From assembly GCF_006345805.1 (NCBI RefSeq), contig NC_043000.1, forward strand, positions 61,814,001 to 61,878,000: a stretch of DNA of 64,000 nucleotides. The letters are read 5' to 3'. Shown here in pieces: positions 63,421-64,000 of this stretch; position 1 is the first letter of the stretch, and every line of letters begins with the position of its first letter. The notes beneath the pieces were generated by a model. That model ran no database searches. It was not told where the DNA came from and was given only the letters and a program-made list of their open reading frames with translations. This stretch comes from Octopus sinensis. Taxonomy: Eukaryota. Both the position numbers and the translations under genes were made by a program.

Positions 63421-64000
63421 CGAGGTAAAAGCTAAAAAACGAAATAGCTTTTATTGCTTTTGCATATTAAATATCAAACATATCAAACAAAATCAATTCT
63501 CTTTTGTAAGAAAATTTCTTTTGAAATATGAGAAAAATCAAGTCTCCCATTGAAAACTTTCTATATTTCCTCTCTATATTGTAACCTATACATCCCATAC
63601 CTTTCCTATTTCAATGTCTGACTCTTGTAGGCTTACACTACTGTTACTCTTTGCATTCCAATGATTGTTTGCTAATTGGTATTTTGATTGCAATTCTACT
63701 GTATGTCAGTACAAGTTTACAATATTTTGTAATGGAAGAAAAGTCACACGTGTTATTTTCTACTTAAACATCAATTTTATGGAACACCAAATAATAAAGA
63801 AAAGGCTAAAATAAAGGCATGCAAAAATACGGGTTCATATAGATATAAGGTTACTTGGAATAAAACGCAACGATATGAATAAAACAATAAGCATCATTGT
63901 TTCTCGATTGTGAGAGTAATAAGCTGGAAAGATCATAAGAATATCAGCAAACTAAAACGCTGAATGATATTGGTTCAACTTCTTTACGATCTAAGTGCAA

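Overview
AT-rich eukaryotic, repeat-saturated DNA with one 100-N scaffold gap (29672-29771). The SINE families and the (TA)n/(CA)n/(AAT)n/(GATA)n landscape resemble an octopus (coleoid cephalopod) genome; this is an inference from recalled repeat sequences. No host protein-coding gene, rRNA, tRNA gene or CRISPR array can be supported with confidence, and most ORF-track entries are microsatellite translations. Recognisable content: (1) five decayed R4/Dong-like non-LTR retrotransposon fragments (RT, CCHC knuckle, restriction-like endonuclease); (2) a Penelope-like GIY-YIG fragment; (3) three Tc1/mariner relics, one with a DD37D triad and one a TIR-bounded deletion derivative; (4) three Helitrons with hairpin+CTAG 3' ends, one a complete non-autonomous element; (5) more than 20 tRNA-derived SINE copies and RTE-type 3' ends; (6) a degenerate (TTAGGG)n interstitial array. 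Most notable: a 361-bp unit with direct and inverted repeats that carries a degenerate minimal type I hammerhead ribozyme (retrozyme/Penelope pLTR-like), further hammerhead-like motifs in unrelated repeats, and recurrent near-perfect inverted duplications, most of them abutting (TA)n arrays. The inverted duplications are either a real fold-back mechanism or assembly artefacts. All sequence comparisons were made by eye.
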